Positions 1 through 15,700 of a DNA stretch of 64,000 nt are shown piece after piece (the stretch's first letter is position 1; every line of letters begins with the position of its first letter). The DNA comes from the human T2T-CHM13v2.0 reference genome, Homo sapiens: assembly GCF_009914755.1 (NCBI RefSeq), contig NC_060946.1. The stretch is one strand, 5' to 3'. A program made the position numbers and the translations under genes. The notes under the pieces were generated by a model. That model was not told where the DNA came from, ran no database searches, and saw nothing but the letters and a program-made list of their open reading frames with translations.

Positions 1-55
1 TTATATACTGTACATATAATATCAATGTACCCCAAATATATATTTTATACTCTAC

Positions 56-428
56 ATGAAATATCAAAGTTCACAAACCATATATTATATACTGTACATA
101 AAATATCAAAGTACCCAAGGTATATATTCTATACTGTACAAAAAATATCAAAGTACCCAAAGCACGTATTATATACTGTACATAAAATATGAAAGTACAT
201 CATATATATATTTTATTCTGTACATAAAATATCAAAGTACACCAGATATATATTCTATAGTGTACATAAAATATCAAAGTACCCAAACTATACATTATAT
301 ACTGTACATGAAATATGAAATTACATCAAATATATATTAAGTACATAAAATATGAAAGTACATCAAATATAGATTATATACTGTACATAAAATATCAATG
401 TACCCCAAATATATATTTTATACTCTAC
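56..428 (+). repeat. Example 373-bp HOR variant (5-bp deletion in monomer 7)
   Basis: HOR starts at 56 and 429 are 373 apart. Monomer 7 reads CAAATATATATTA(A/G)GTAC instead of CAAATATATATTATATTAGGTAC. ORF starts spaced 373 apart at 1444/1817, 39367/39740 and 60766/61139/61512/61885. Confidence 0.95.
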
Positions 429-806
429 ATGAAATATCAAAGTTCACAAACCATATATTATATACTGCACATAAAATATCAAAGTACCCAAGGTATATAT
501 TCTATACTATACAAAAAATATCAAAGTACCCAAAGCATGTATTATATACTGTACATAAATTATGAAAGTACATCAAATATATATTTTATTCTGTACATAA
601 AATATGAAAGTACACCAGATATATATTCTATAGCGTACATAAAATATCAAAGTACCCAAACTATACATTATATACTGTACATAAAATATGAAATTACATC
701 AACTATATATTATATTAGGTACATAAAATATGAAAGTACATCAAATATAGAATATATACTGTACATATAATATCAATGTAACCCAAATATATATTTTGTA
801 CTCTAC
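429..806 (+). repeat. Example canonical 378-bp 9-monomer HOR
   Basis: ATGAAATATCAAAGTTCAC starts at 429 and recurs at 807. Nine distinguishable monomers (my numbering, by usual core): 1 GTTCACAAAC, 2 CCCAAGGTAT, 3 CCCAAAGCATG, 4 CATCAAATATATATTTTATTC, 5 CACCAGAT..TATAG, 6 CCCAAACTATACAT, 7 GAAATTACATC..TTAGG, 8 CATCAAATATAGA, 9 CCCAAATATATATT. Confidence 0.95.
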
Positions 807-3800
807 ATGAAATATCAAAGTTCACAAACCATATATTATATACTATACATAAAATATCAAAGAACCCAAGGTATATATTCTATACTGTACAAAAAATATC
901 AAAGTACCCAAAGCATGTATTATATACTGTACATAAAATATGAAAGTACATCAAATATATATTTTATTCCGTACATAAAATATCAAAGTACACCAGATAT
1001 ATATTCTATGGCGTACATAAAATATCAAAGTACACAAACTATACATTATATACTGTACATAAAATATGAAATTACATCAAATATATATTATATTAGGTAC
1101 ATAAAATATGAAAGTACATCAAATATAGATTATATACTGTACATTAAATACCAAAGTACCCCAAATATATGTTTTATACTGTACATGAAATATCAAAGTT
1201 CACACACTATATATTATATACTGTACATAAAATATCAAAGTACCCAAGGTATATATTCTATACTGTACAAAAAATATCAAAGTACCCAAAGCATGTATTA
1301 TATACTGTATATAAAATATGAAAGTACATCAAATATATATTTTATTCTGTACATAAAATATCAAAGTACACCAAATATGTATTCTATAGTGTACATAAAA
1401 TAACAAAGTACAAAAACTATAAATTATATACTGTACATAAAATATGAAATTACATCAAATATATATTAGGTACATAAAATATGAAAGTACATCAAATATA
1501 GATTATACACTGTACATAAAATATAAATGTAACCCAAATATATATTTTATACTCGACATGAAATATCAAAGTTCACAAACCATATATTATATACTGTACA
1601 TAAAATATCAAAGTACCCAAGGTATATATTCTATACTGTACAAAAAATATCAAAGTACCCAAAGCATCTATTATATGCTGTACATAAAATATGAAAGTAC
1701 ATCAAATATATATTTTATTCTGTACATAAAGTATCAAAGTACACCAGATATATATTCTATAGCGTACATAAAATATCAATGTACACAAACTATACATTAT
1801 ATACTGTACATAAAATATGAAATTACATCAAATATATATTAGGTACATAAAATATGAAAGTACATCAAATATAGATTATATACTGTACATAAAATATCAA
1901 TGTACCCCAAATATATATTTTATACTCTACATGAAATATCAAAGTTCACAAACCATATATTATATACTGTACATAAAATATCAAAGTACCCAAGGTATAT
2001 ATTCTATACTATACAAAAAATATCAAATTACCCAAAACATGTGTTATATACTGTACATAAAATATGAAAGTACATCAAATATATATTTTATTCTGTACAT
2101 AAAATATCAAAGTACACCAGATATATATTCTATAGTGTACATAAAATATCAAAACACCCAAACTATACATTATATACTGTACATAAAATATAAGATTACA
2201 TCAAATATATATTATATTAGGTACATAAAATATGAAAGTACATCAAATATAGATTATATACTGTACATAAAATATCAAATTACCCAAAATATATATTATA
2301 TACTCTACATGAAATATCAAAGTTCACAAACTATATATTATATACTGTACATAAAATATCAAAGTACCCAAGGTATATATTCTATACTGCACAAAAAATA
2401 TCAAAGTACCCAAAGCATGTATTGTATACTGTATATAAAATATGAAAGTACATCAAATATATATTTTATTCTGTACATAAAATATCAAAGTACACCAGAT
2501 ATATATTCTATAGTGTACATAAAATAACAAAGTACACAAAGTATAAATTATATACTGTACATAAAATATGAAATTACATCAAATATATATTAGGTACATA
2601 AAATATGAAAGTACATCAAATATAGATTATATACTGAACATATAATATCAATGTACCCCAAATATATATTTTATACTCTACATGAAATATCAAAGTTCAG
2701 AAACCATACATTATATACTGTACATAAAATATCAAAGTACCCAAAGTATATATTCTATACTGTACAAAAAATTTCAAAGTACCCAAAGCATGTATTATAT
2801 ACTGTACATAAAATATGAAAGTACATCAAATATATATTTTATTCTGTACATAAAATATCACAGTACACCAGATATATATTCTATAGTGTACATAAAATAT
2901 CAAAGTACCCAAACTATACATTATATACTGTACATAAAATATGAAATTACATCAAATATATATTAGGTACATAAAATATGAAAGTACATCTAATATAGAT
3001 TATATACTGTACATAAAATATCAAAGTACCCCAAATATATATTATATACTCTACATGAAATATCAAATTTCACCAACTATATATTATATACTGTACATAA
3101 AATATCAAAGTACCCAAGGTATATATTCTATACTGTACAAAAAATATCAAAGTACCCAAAGCATGTATTATATACTGTATATAAAATATGAAAGTACATT
3201 AAAGATATATTTTATTCTGTATATAAAATATCAAAGTACACCAGATATATATTCTATAGTGTACATAAAATAACAAAGTACACAAACTATAAATTATATA
3301 CTGTACATAAAATATGAAATTACATCAAATATATATTAGGTACATAAAATATGAAAGTACATCAAATATACATTATATACTGTACATATAATATCAATGT
3401 ACCGCAAATATATATTTTATACTCTACATGAAATATCAAAGTTCACAAACCATATATTATATACTGTACATAAAATATCAAAGTACCCAAGGTATATATT
3501 CTATACTGTACAAAAAATATCAAAGTACCCAAAGCATGAATTATATACTGTACATAAAATATGAAAGTACATCAAATATATATTTTATTCTGTACATAAA
3601 ATATCAAGGTACACCAGATATATATTCTATAGTGTACATAAAATATCAAAGTACCCAAACTATACATTATATACTGTACATAAAATATGAAATTACATCA
3701 AATATACATTATATTAGGTACATAAAATATGAAAGTACATCAAATATAGATTATATACTGTACATTAAATACCAAAGTACCCCAAATATATATTTTATAC

Positions 3801-6441
3801 TCCACATGAAATATCAAAGTTCACAAACCATATATTATATACTGTACATAAAATTTCAAAGTACCCAAGGTATATATTCTATACTATACAAAAAATATCA
3901 AAGTACCCAAAGCATGTATTATATACTGTACATAAAATATGAAAGTACATCAAATATATATTTTATTCTGTACATAAAATATCAAAGTACACTAGATATA
4001 TATTCTATAGTGTACATAAAATACCAAAATACCCAAACTATACATTATATACTGTACATAAAATATGAGATTACATCAAATATATATTATATTAGGTACA
4101 TAAAATATGAAAGTACATCAAATATAGATTATATACTGTACATAAAATATCAAAGTACCCCGAATATATATTATATACTCTACATGAAATATCAAAGTTC
4201 ACAAACTATATATTATATACTGTACATAAAATATCAAAGTACCCAAGGTATATATTCTATACTATACAAAAAATATCAAAGTATCCAAAGCATGTGTTAT
4301 ATACTGTACATAAAATATGAAAGTACATCAAATATATATTGTATTCTGTACATAAAATATCAAAGTACACCAGATATATATTCTATAGTGTACATAAAAT
4401 ATCAAAATACCCAAACTATACATTATATACTGTACATAAAATATGAGATTACATCAAATATATATTATATTAGGTACATAAAATATGAAAGTACATCAAA
4501 TATAGATTATATACTGTACATAAAATATCAAAGTACCCCAAATATATATTATATACTCTACATGAAATATCAAAGTTCACAAACTATATATTATATACTG
4601 TACATAAAATATCAAAGTACCCAAGGTATATATTCTATACTGTACAAAAAATATCAAAGTACCCAAAGCATGTATTATATACTGTATATAAAATAAGAAA
4701 GTACATTAAATATATATTTTATTCTGTACATAAAATATCAAAGTACACCAGATATATATTCTATAGTGTACATAAAATAACAAAGTACACAAACTATAAA
4801 TTATATACTGTACATAAAATATGAAATTACATCAAATATATATTAGGTACATAAAATATGAAAGTACATCAAATATAGATTATATACTGAACATATAATA
4901 TCAATGTACCCCAAATATATATTTTATACTCTACATGAAATATCAAAGTTCAGAAACCATACATTATATACTGTACATAAAATATCAAATTACCCAAGGT
5001 ATATATTCTATACTGTACAAAAAATATCAAAGTACCCAAAGCATGTATTATATACTGTACATAAAATATGAAAGTACATCAAATATATATTTTATTCTGT
5101 ACATAAAATATCAAAGTACACCAGATATATATTCTATAGTGTACATAAAATAACAAAGTACACAAACTATAAATTATATACTGTACATAAAATATGAAAT
5201 TACATCAAATATATATTAGGGTCATAAAATATGAAAGTACATCAAATATAGATTATATACTGTACATAAAATATCAATGTACCCCAAATATATATTTAAT
5301 ACTCTACATGAAATATCAAAGTTCACAAACCATATATTATATACTGTACATAAAATATCAAAGTACCCAAGGTATATATTCTATACTGTACAAAAAATAT
5401 CAAAGTACCCAAAGCATTTATTATATACTGTACATAAAATATGAAACTACATCAAATATATATTTTATTCTGTACATAAAATATCAAACTACACCAGATA
5501 TATATTCTATAGTGTTCATAAAATATCAAAGTACCCAAACTATACATTATATACTGTACATAAAATATGAAATTACATCAAATATATTTTATATTAGGTA
5601 CATAAAATATGAAAGTACATCAAATATAGATTATATACTGTACATTAAATACCAAAGTACCCCAAATATATATTATATACTCTACATGAAATATCAAAGT
5701 TCACAAACTATATATTATATACTGTACATAAAATATCAAAGTACCCAAGGTATATATTCTATACTGTACAAAAAATATCAAAGGACACAAAGCATGTATT
5801 ATATACTGTACATAAAATATGAAAGTACATCAAATATATATTTTATTCTGTACATAAAATATCAAAGTACACCAGATATATATTCTATAGTGTACATAAA
5901 ATATCAAAGTACCCAAACTATACTTTATATACTGTACATAAAATATGAAATTACATCAAATATATATTATATTAGGTACATAAAATATGAAAGTACATCA
6001 AATATAGATTATATACTGTACATAAAATATCAAAGTACCCCAAATATATATTATATACTCTACATGAAATATCAAAGTTCACAAACTATATATTATATAC
6101 TGTACATAAAATATCAAAGTACCCAAGGTATATATTCTATACTGTACAAAAAATATCAAAGTATCCAAAGCATGTATTATATACTGTATATAAAATATGA
6201 AAGTACATTAAATATATATTTTATTCTGTACATAAAATATCAAAGTACACCAGATATATATTCTATAGTGTACATAAAATATCAAAGTACCCAAACTATA
6301 CATTATATACTGTACATAAAATATGAAATTACATCAAATATATATTATATTAGGTACATAAAATATGAAAGTACATCAAATATAGATTATATACTGTACA
6401 TTAAATACCAAAGTACCCCAAATATATATTTTATACTGTAC

Positions 6442-6777
6442 ATGAAATATCAAAGTTCACAAACTATATATTATATACTGTACATAAAATATCAAAGTAC
6501 CCAAGGTATATATTCTATACTGTACAAAAAATATCAAAGTACCCAAACCATGTATTATATACTGTACATAAAATATGAAAATACATCAAATATATATTTT
6601 ATTCCGTACATAAAATATCAAAGTACACCAGATATATATTCTATAGCGTACATAAAATATCAAAGTACACAAACTATACATTATATACTGTACATAAAAT
6701 ATGAAATTACATCAAATATAGATTATATACTGTACATTAAATACCAAAGTACCCCAAATATATATTATATACTCTAC
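6442..6777 (+). repeat. 8-monomer HOR variant (336 bp), monomer 7/8 fusion
   Basis: ATGAAATTACATCAAATATA|GATTATATACTG at ~6701-6732 joins the head of monomer 7 to the tail of monomer 8. HOR starts at 6442 and 6778. Confidence 0.9.
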
Positions 6778-9700
6778 AGGAAATATCAAAGTTCACACAC
6801 TATATATTATATACTGTACATAAAATATCAAAGTACCCAAGGTATATATTCTATACTGTACAAAAAATATCAAAGTACCCAAAGCATGTATTATATACTG
6901 TATATAAAATATGAAATTACATCAAATATATATTTTATTCTGTACATAAAATATCAAAGTACACCAGATATATATTCTATAGTGTACATAAAATAACAAA
7001 GTACACAATCTATAAATTATATACTGTACATAAAATATGAAATTACATCAAATATATATTAGGTACATAAAATATGAAAGTACATCAAATATAGATTATA
7101 TACTGTACATATAATATCAATGTACCCCAAATATATATTTTATACTCTACATGAAATATCAAAGTTCACAAACCATATATTATATACTGTACATAAAATA
7201 TCAAAGTACCCAAGGTATATATTCTATACTGTACAAAAAATATCAAAGTACCCAAAGCACGTATTATATACTGTACATAAAATATGAAAGTACATCATAT
7301 ATATATTTTATTCTGTACATAAAATATCAAAGTACACCAGATATATATTCTATAGTGTACATAAAATATCAAAGTACCCAAACTATACATTATATACTGT
7401 ACATGAAATATGAAATTACATCAAATATATATTAAGTACATAAAATATGAAAGTACATCAAATATAGATTATATACTGTACATAAAATATCAATGTACCC
7501 CAAATATATATTTTATACTCTACATGAAATATCAAAGTTCACAAACCATATATTATATACTGCACATAAAATATCAAAGTACCCAAGGTATATATTCTAT
7601 ACTATACAAAAAATATCAAAGTACCCAAAGCATGTATTATATACTGTACATAAATTATGAAAGTACATCAAATATATATTTTATTCTGTACATAAAATAT
7701 GAAAGTACACCAGATATATATTCTATAGCGTACATAAAATATCAAAGTACCCAAACTATACATTATATACTGTACATAAAATATGAAATTACATCAACTA
7801 TATATTATATTAGGTACATAAAATATGAAAGTACATCAAATATAGAATATATACTGTACATATAATATCAATGTAACCCAAATATATATTTTGTACTCTA
7901 CATGAAATATCAAAGTTCACAAACCATATATTATATACTATACATAAAATATCAAAGAACCCAAGGTATATATTCTATACTGTACAAAAAATATCAAAGT
8001 ACCCAAAGCATGTATTATATACTGTACATAAAATATGAAAGTACATCAAATATATATTTTATTCCGTACATAAAATATCAAAGTACACCAGATATATATT
8101 CTATGGCGTACATAAAATATCAAAGTACACAAACTATACATTATATACTGTACATAAAATATGAAATTACATCAAATATATATTATATTAGGTACATAAA
8201 ATATGAAAGTACATCAAATATAGATTATATACTGTACATTAAATACCAAAGTACCCCAAATATATGTTTTATACTGTACATGAAATATCAAAGTTCACAC
8301 ACTATATATTATATACTGTACATAAAATATCAAAGTACCCAAGGTATATATTCTATACTGTACAAAAAATATCAAAGTACCCAAAGCATGTATTATATAC
8401 TGTATATAAAATATGAAAGTACATCAAATATATATTTTATTCTGTACATAAAATATCAAAGTACACCAAATATGTATTCTATAGTGTACATAAAATAACA
8501 AAGTACAAAAACTATAAATTATATACTGTACATAAAATATGAAATTACATCAAATATATATTAGGTACATAAAATATGAAAGTACATCAAATATAGATTA
8601 TACACTGTACATAAAATATAAATGTAACCCAAATATATATTTTATACTCGACATGAAATATCAAAGTTCACAAACCATATATTATATACTGTACATAAAA
8701 TATCAAAGTACCCAAGGTATATATTCTATACTGTACAAAAAATATCAAAGTACCCAAAGCATCTATTATATGCTGTACATAAAATATGAAAGTACATCAA
8801 ATATATATTTTATTCTGTACATAAAGTATCAAAGTACACCAGATATATATTCTATAGCGTACATAAAATATCAATGTACACAAACTATACATTATATACT
8901 GTATATAAAATATGAAATTACATCAAATATATATTAGGTACATAAAATATGAAAGTACATCAAATATAGATTATATACTGTACATAAAATATCAATGTAC
9001 CCCAAATATATATTTTATACTCTACATGAAATATCATAGTTCACAAACCATATATTATATACTGTACATAAAATATCAAAGTACCCAAGGTATATATTCT
9101 ATACTATACAAAAAATATCAAATTACCCAAAACATGTGTTATATACTGTACATAAAATATGAAAGTACATCAAATATATATTTTATTCTGTACATAAAAT
9201 ATCAAAGTACACCAGATATATATTCTATAGTGTACATAAAATATCAAAACACCCAAACTATACATTATATACTGTACATAAAATATAAGATTACATCAAA
9301 TATATATTATATTAGGTACATAAAATATGAAAGTACATCAAATATAGATTATATACTGTACATAAAATATCAAATTACCCAAAATATATATTATATACTC
9401 TACATGAAATATCAAAGTTCACAAACTATATATTATATACTGTACATAAAATATCAAAGTACCCAAGGTATATATTCTATACTGCACAAAAAATATCAAA
9501 GTACCCAAAGCATGTATTGTATACTGTATATAAAATATGAAAGTACATCAAATATATATTTTATTCTGTACATAAAATATCAAAGTACACCAGATATATA
9601 TTCTATAGTGTACATAAAATAACAAAGTACACAAAGTATAAATTATATACTGTACATAAAATATGAAATTACATCAAATATATATTAGGTACATAAAATA

Positions 9701-12700
9701 TGAAAGTACATCAAATATAGATTATATACTGAACATATAATATCAATGTACCCCAAATATATATTTTATACTCTACATGAAATATCAAAGTTCAGAAACC
9801 ATACATTATATACTGTACATAAAATATCAAAGTACCCAAAGTATATATTCTATACTGTACAAAAAATTTCAAAGTACCCAAAGCATGTATTATATACTGT
9901 ACATAAAATATGAAAGTACATCAAATATATATTTTATTCTGTACATAAAATATCACAGTACACCAGATATATATTCTATAGTGTACATAAAATATCAAAG
10001 TACCCAAACTATACATTATATACTGTACATAAAATATGAAATTACATCAAATATATATTAGGTACATAAAATATGAAAGTACATCTAATATAGATTATAT
10101 ACTGTACATAAAATATCAAAGTACCCCAAATATATATTATATACTCTACATGAAATATCAAATTTCACCAACTATATATTATATACTGTACATAAAATAT
10201 CAAAGTACCCAAGGTATATATTCTATACTGTACAAAAAATATCAAAGTACCCAAAGCATGTATTATATACTGTATATAAAATATGAAAGTACATTAAAGA
10301 TATATTTTATTCTGTATATAAAATATCAAAGTACACCAGATATATATTCTATAGTGTACATAAAATAACAAAGTACACAAACTATAAATTATATACTGTA
10401 CATAAAATATGAAATTACATCAAATATATATTAGGTACATAAAATATGAAAGTACATCAAATATACATTATATACTGTACATATAATATCAATGTACCGC
10501 AAATATATATTTTATACTCTACATGAAATATCAAAGTTCACAAACCATATATTATATACTGTACATAAAATATCAAAGTACCCAAGGTATATATTCTATA
10601 CTGTACAAAAAATATCAAAGTACCCAAAGCATGAATTATATACTGTACATAAAATATGAAAGTACATCAAATATATATTTTATTCTGTACATAAAATATC
10701 AAGGTACACCAGATATATATTCTATAGTGTACATAAAATATCAAAGTACCCAAACTATACATTATATACTGTACATAAAATATGAAATTACATCAAATAT
10801 ACATTATATTAGGTACATAAAATATGAAAGTACATCAAATATAGATTATATACTGTACATTAAATACCAAAGTACCCCAAATATATATTTTATACTCCAC
10901 ATGAAATATCAAAGTTCACAAACCATATATTATATACTGTACATAAAATTTCAAAGTACCCAAGGTATATATTCTATACTATACAAAAAATATCAAAGTA
11001 CCCAAAGCATGTATTATATACTGTACATAAAATATGAAAGTACATCAAATATATATTTTATTCTGTACATAAAATATCAAAGTACACTAGATATATATTC
11101 TATAGTGTACATAAAATACCAAAATACCCAAACTATACATTATATACTGTACATAAAATATGAGATTACATCAAATATATATTATATTAGGTACATAAAA
11201 TATGAAAGTACATCAAATATAGATTATATACTGTACATAAAATATCAAAGTACCCCGAATATATATTATATACTCTACATGAAATATCAAAGTTCACAAA
11301 CTATATATTATATACTGTACATAAAATATCAAAGTACCCAAGGTATATATTCTATACTATACAAAAAATATCAAAGTATCCAAAGCATGTGTTATATACT
11401 GTACATAAAATATGAAAGTACATCAAATATATATTGTATTCTGTACATAAAATATCAAAGTACACCAGATATATATTCTATAGTGTACATAAAATATCAA
11501 AATACCCAAACTATACATTATATACTGTACATAAAATATGAGATTACATCAAATATATATTATATTAGGTACATAAAATATGAAAGTACATCAAATATAG
11601 ATTATATACTGTACATAAAATATCAAAGTACCCCAAATATATATTATATACTCTACATGAAATATCAAAGTTCACAAACTATATATTATATACTGTACAT
11701 AAAATATCAAAGTACCCAAGGTATATATTCTATACTGTACAAAAAATATCAAAGTACCCAAAGCATGTATTATATACTGTATATAAAATAAGAAAGTACA
11801 TTAAATATATATTTTATTCTGTACATAAAATATCAAAGTACACCAGATATATATTCTATAGTGTACATAAAATAACAAAGTACACAAACTATAAATTATA
11901 TACTGTACATAAAATATGAAATTACATCAAATATATATTAGGTACATAAAATATGAAAGTACATCAAATATAGATTATATACTGAACATATAATATCAAT
12001 GTACCCCAAATATATATTTTATACTCTACATGAAATATCAAAGTTCAGAAACCATACATTATATACTGTACATAAAATATCAAAGTACCCAAGGTATATA
12101 TTCTATACTGTACAAAAAATATCAAAGTACCCAAAGCATGTATTATATACTGTACATAAAATATGAAAGTACATCAAATATATATTTTATTCTGTACATA
12201 AAATATCAAAGTACACCAGATATATATTCTATAGTGTACATAAAATAACAAAGTACACAAACTATAAATTATATACTGTACATAAAATATGAAATTACAT
12301 CAAATATATATTAGGGTCATAAAATATGAAAGTACATCAAATATAGATTATATACTGTACATAAAATATCAATGTACCCCAAATATATATTTAATACTCT
12401 ACATGAAATATCAAAGTTCACAAACCATATATTATATACTGTACATAAAATATCAAAGTACCCAAGGTATATATTCTATACTGTACAAAAAACATCAAAG
12501 TACCCAAAGCATTTATTATATACTGTACATAAAATATGAAACTACATCAAATATATATTTTATTCTGTACATAAAATATCAAACTACACCAGATATATAT
12601 TCTATAGTGTTCATAAAATATCAAAGTACCCAAACTATACATTATATACTGTACATAAAATATGAAATTACATCAAATATATTTTATATTAGGTACATAA

Positions 12701-15700
12701 AATATGAAAGTACATCAAATATAGATTATATACTGTACATTAAATACCAAAGTACCCCAAATATATATTATATACTCTACATGAAATATCAAAGTTCACA
12801 AACTATATATTATATACTGTACATAAAATATCAAAGTACCCAAGGTATATATTCTATACTGTACAAAAAATATCAAAGGACACAAAGCATGTATTATATA
12901 CTGTACATAAAATATGAAAGTACATCAAATATATATTTTATTCTGTACATAAAATATCAAAGTACACCAGATATATATTCTATAGTGTACATAAAATATC
13001 AAAGTACCCAAACTATACTTTATATACTGTACATAAAATATGAAATTACATCAAATATATATTATATTAGGTACATAAAATATGAAAGTACATCAAATAT
13101 AGATTATATACTGTACATAAAATATCAAAGTACCCCAAATATATATTATATACTCTACATGAAATATCAAAGTTCACAAACTATATATTATATACTGTAC
13201 ATAAAATATCAAAGTACCCAAGGTATATATTCTATACTGTACAAAAAATATCAAAGTATCCAAAGCATGTATTATATACTGTATATAAAATATGAAAGTA
13301 CATTAAATATATATTTTATTCTGTACATAAAATATCAAAGTACACCAGATATATATTCTATAGTGTACATAAAATATCAAAGTACCCAAACTATACATTA
13401 TATACTGTACATAAAATATGAAATTACATCAAATATATATTATATTAGGTACATAAAATATGAAAGTACATCAAATATAGATTATATACTGTACATTAAA
13501 TACCAAAGTACCCCAAATATATATTTTATACTGTACATGAAATATCAAAGTTCACAAACTATATATTATATACTGTACATAAAATATCAAAGTACCCAAG
13601 GTATATATTCTATACTGTACAAAAAATATCAAAGTACCCAAAGCATGTATTATAAACTGTACATAAAATATGAAAGTGCATCAAACATATATTTTATTCT
13701 GTACATAAAATATCAAAGTACACCAGATATATATTCTATAGTGTACATAAAATATAAAAGTACCCAAACTGTACATTATATACTGTACATAAAATATGAA
13801 ATTACATCAAATATATATTATATTTGGTACATAAAATATGAAAGTACATCAAATATAGATTATATACTGTACATAAAATATCAACGTACCCCAAATATAT
13901 ATTATATACTCCACATGAAATATCAAAGTTCACAAACTATATATTATATACTGTACATAAAATATCAAAGTACCCAAGGTATATATTCTATACTGTACAA
14001 AAAATATCAAAGTACCCAAAGCATGTATTATATACTGTACATAAAATATGAAATTACATCAAATATATATTTTATTCTGTACATAAAATATCAAAGTACA
14101 CCAGATATATATTCTATAGTGTACATAAAATAACAAAGTACACAAACTATAAATTATATACTGTACATAAAATATGAAATTACATCCAATATATATTAGG
14201 GACATAAAATATGAAAGTACATCAAATATTGATTATATACTGTACATAAAATATCAATGTACCCCAAATATATATTTTATACTCTACTTGAAATATCAGA
14301 GTTCACAAACCATATATTATATACTGTACATAAAATATCAAAGTACCCAAGGTATATATTCTATACTGTAAAAAAATTGTCAAAGTACCCAAGGCATGTA
14401 TTATATACTGTACATAAAATATGAAAGTACATCAATTATATATTTTATTCTGTACATAAAATATCAAAGTACACCAGATATATATTCTATAGTGTACATA
14501 AAATAACAAAGTACCCAAACTATACATTATATACTGTACATAAAATATGAAATTACATCAAATATATATTATATTAGGTACATAAAATATGAAAGTACAT
14601 CAAATATAGATTATATACAGTACATTAAATACCAAAGTACCCCAAATATATATTTTATACTGTACATGAAATATCGAAGTTCACAAACTATATATTATAT
14701 ACTGTACATAAAATATCAAAGTTCCCAAGGTATATATTCTATACTGTACAAAAAATATCAAAGTACCCAAAGCATGTATTATATACTGTATATAAAATAT
14801 GAAAGTACATCAAATATATATTTTATTCTGTACATAAAATATCAAAGTATACCAGATATATATTCTATAGTGTACATAAAATATCAAAGTACCCAAACTA
14901 TACATTATATACTGTACATAAAATATGAAATTACATCAAATATATATTAGGTACATAAAATATGAAAGTACATCAAAGATAGATTATATACTGTACATAA
15001 AATACCAAAGTACCCCAAATATATATTATATACTGTACATGAAATATCAAAGTTCACAAACTATATATTATATACTGTACATAAAATATCAAAGTACCCA
15101 AGGTATATATTCTATACTGTACAAAAAATATCAAAGTACCCAAAGCATGTATTATATACTGTACATAAAATATGAAAGTACATCAAATATATATTTAATT
15201 CTGTACATAAAATATCAAAGTACACCAGATATATATTCTATAGTGTACATAAAATATCAAAGTACCCAAACTATACATTATATACTGTACATAAAATATG
15301 AAATTACATCAAATATATATTATATTAGGTACATAAAATATGAAAGTACATCAAATATAGAATATATACTGTACATAAAATATCAAAGTACCCCAAATAT
15401 ATATTATATACTCTACAGGAAATATCAAAGTTTACACACTATATATTATATACTGTACATAAAATATCAAAATACCCAAGGTATATATTCTATACTGTAC
15501 AAAAAATATCAAAGTACCCAAAGAATGTATTATATACTGTATGTAAAATATGAAAGTACATCAAATATATATTTTATTCTGTACATAAGATATCAATGTA
15601 CACCAGATATATATTCTATAGTGTACATAAAATAACAAAGTACACAAACTATAAATTATATACTGTACATAAAATATGAAATTACATCAAATATATATTA

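Larger units (their letters stand above)
1..13640 (+). repeat. Near-identical tandem duplication, period 7095 bp (19 HORs)
   Basis: Every ORF from 56 to 5194 recurs at +7095 (7151 to 12289) with the same private variants. Identity breaks down near 6545/13640. Confidence 0.95.
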
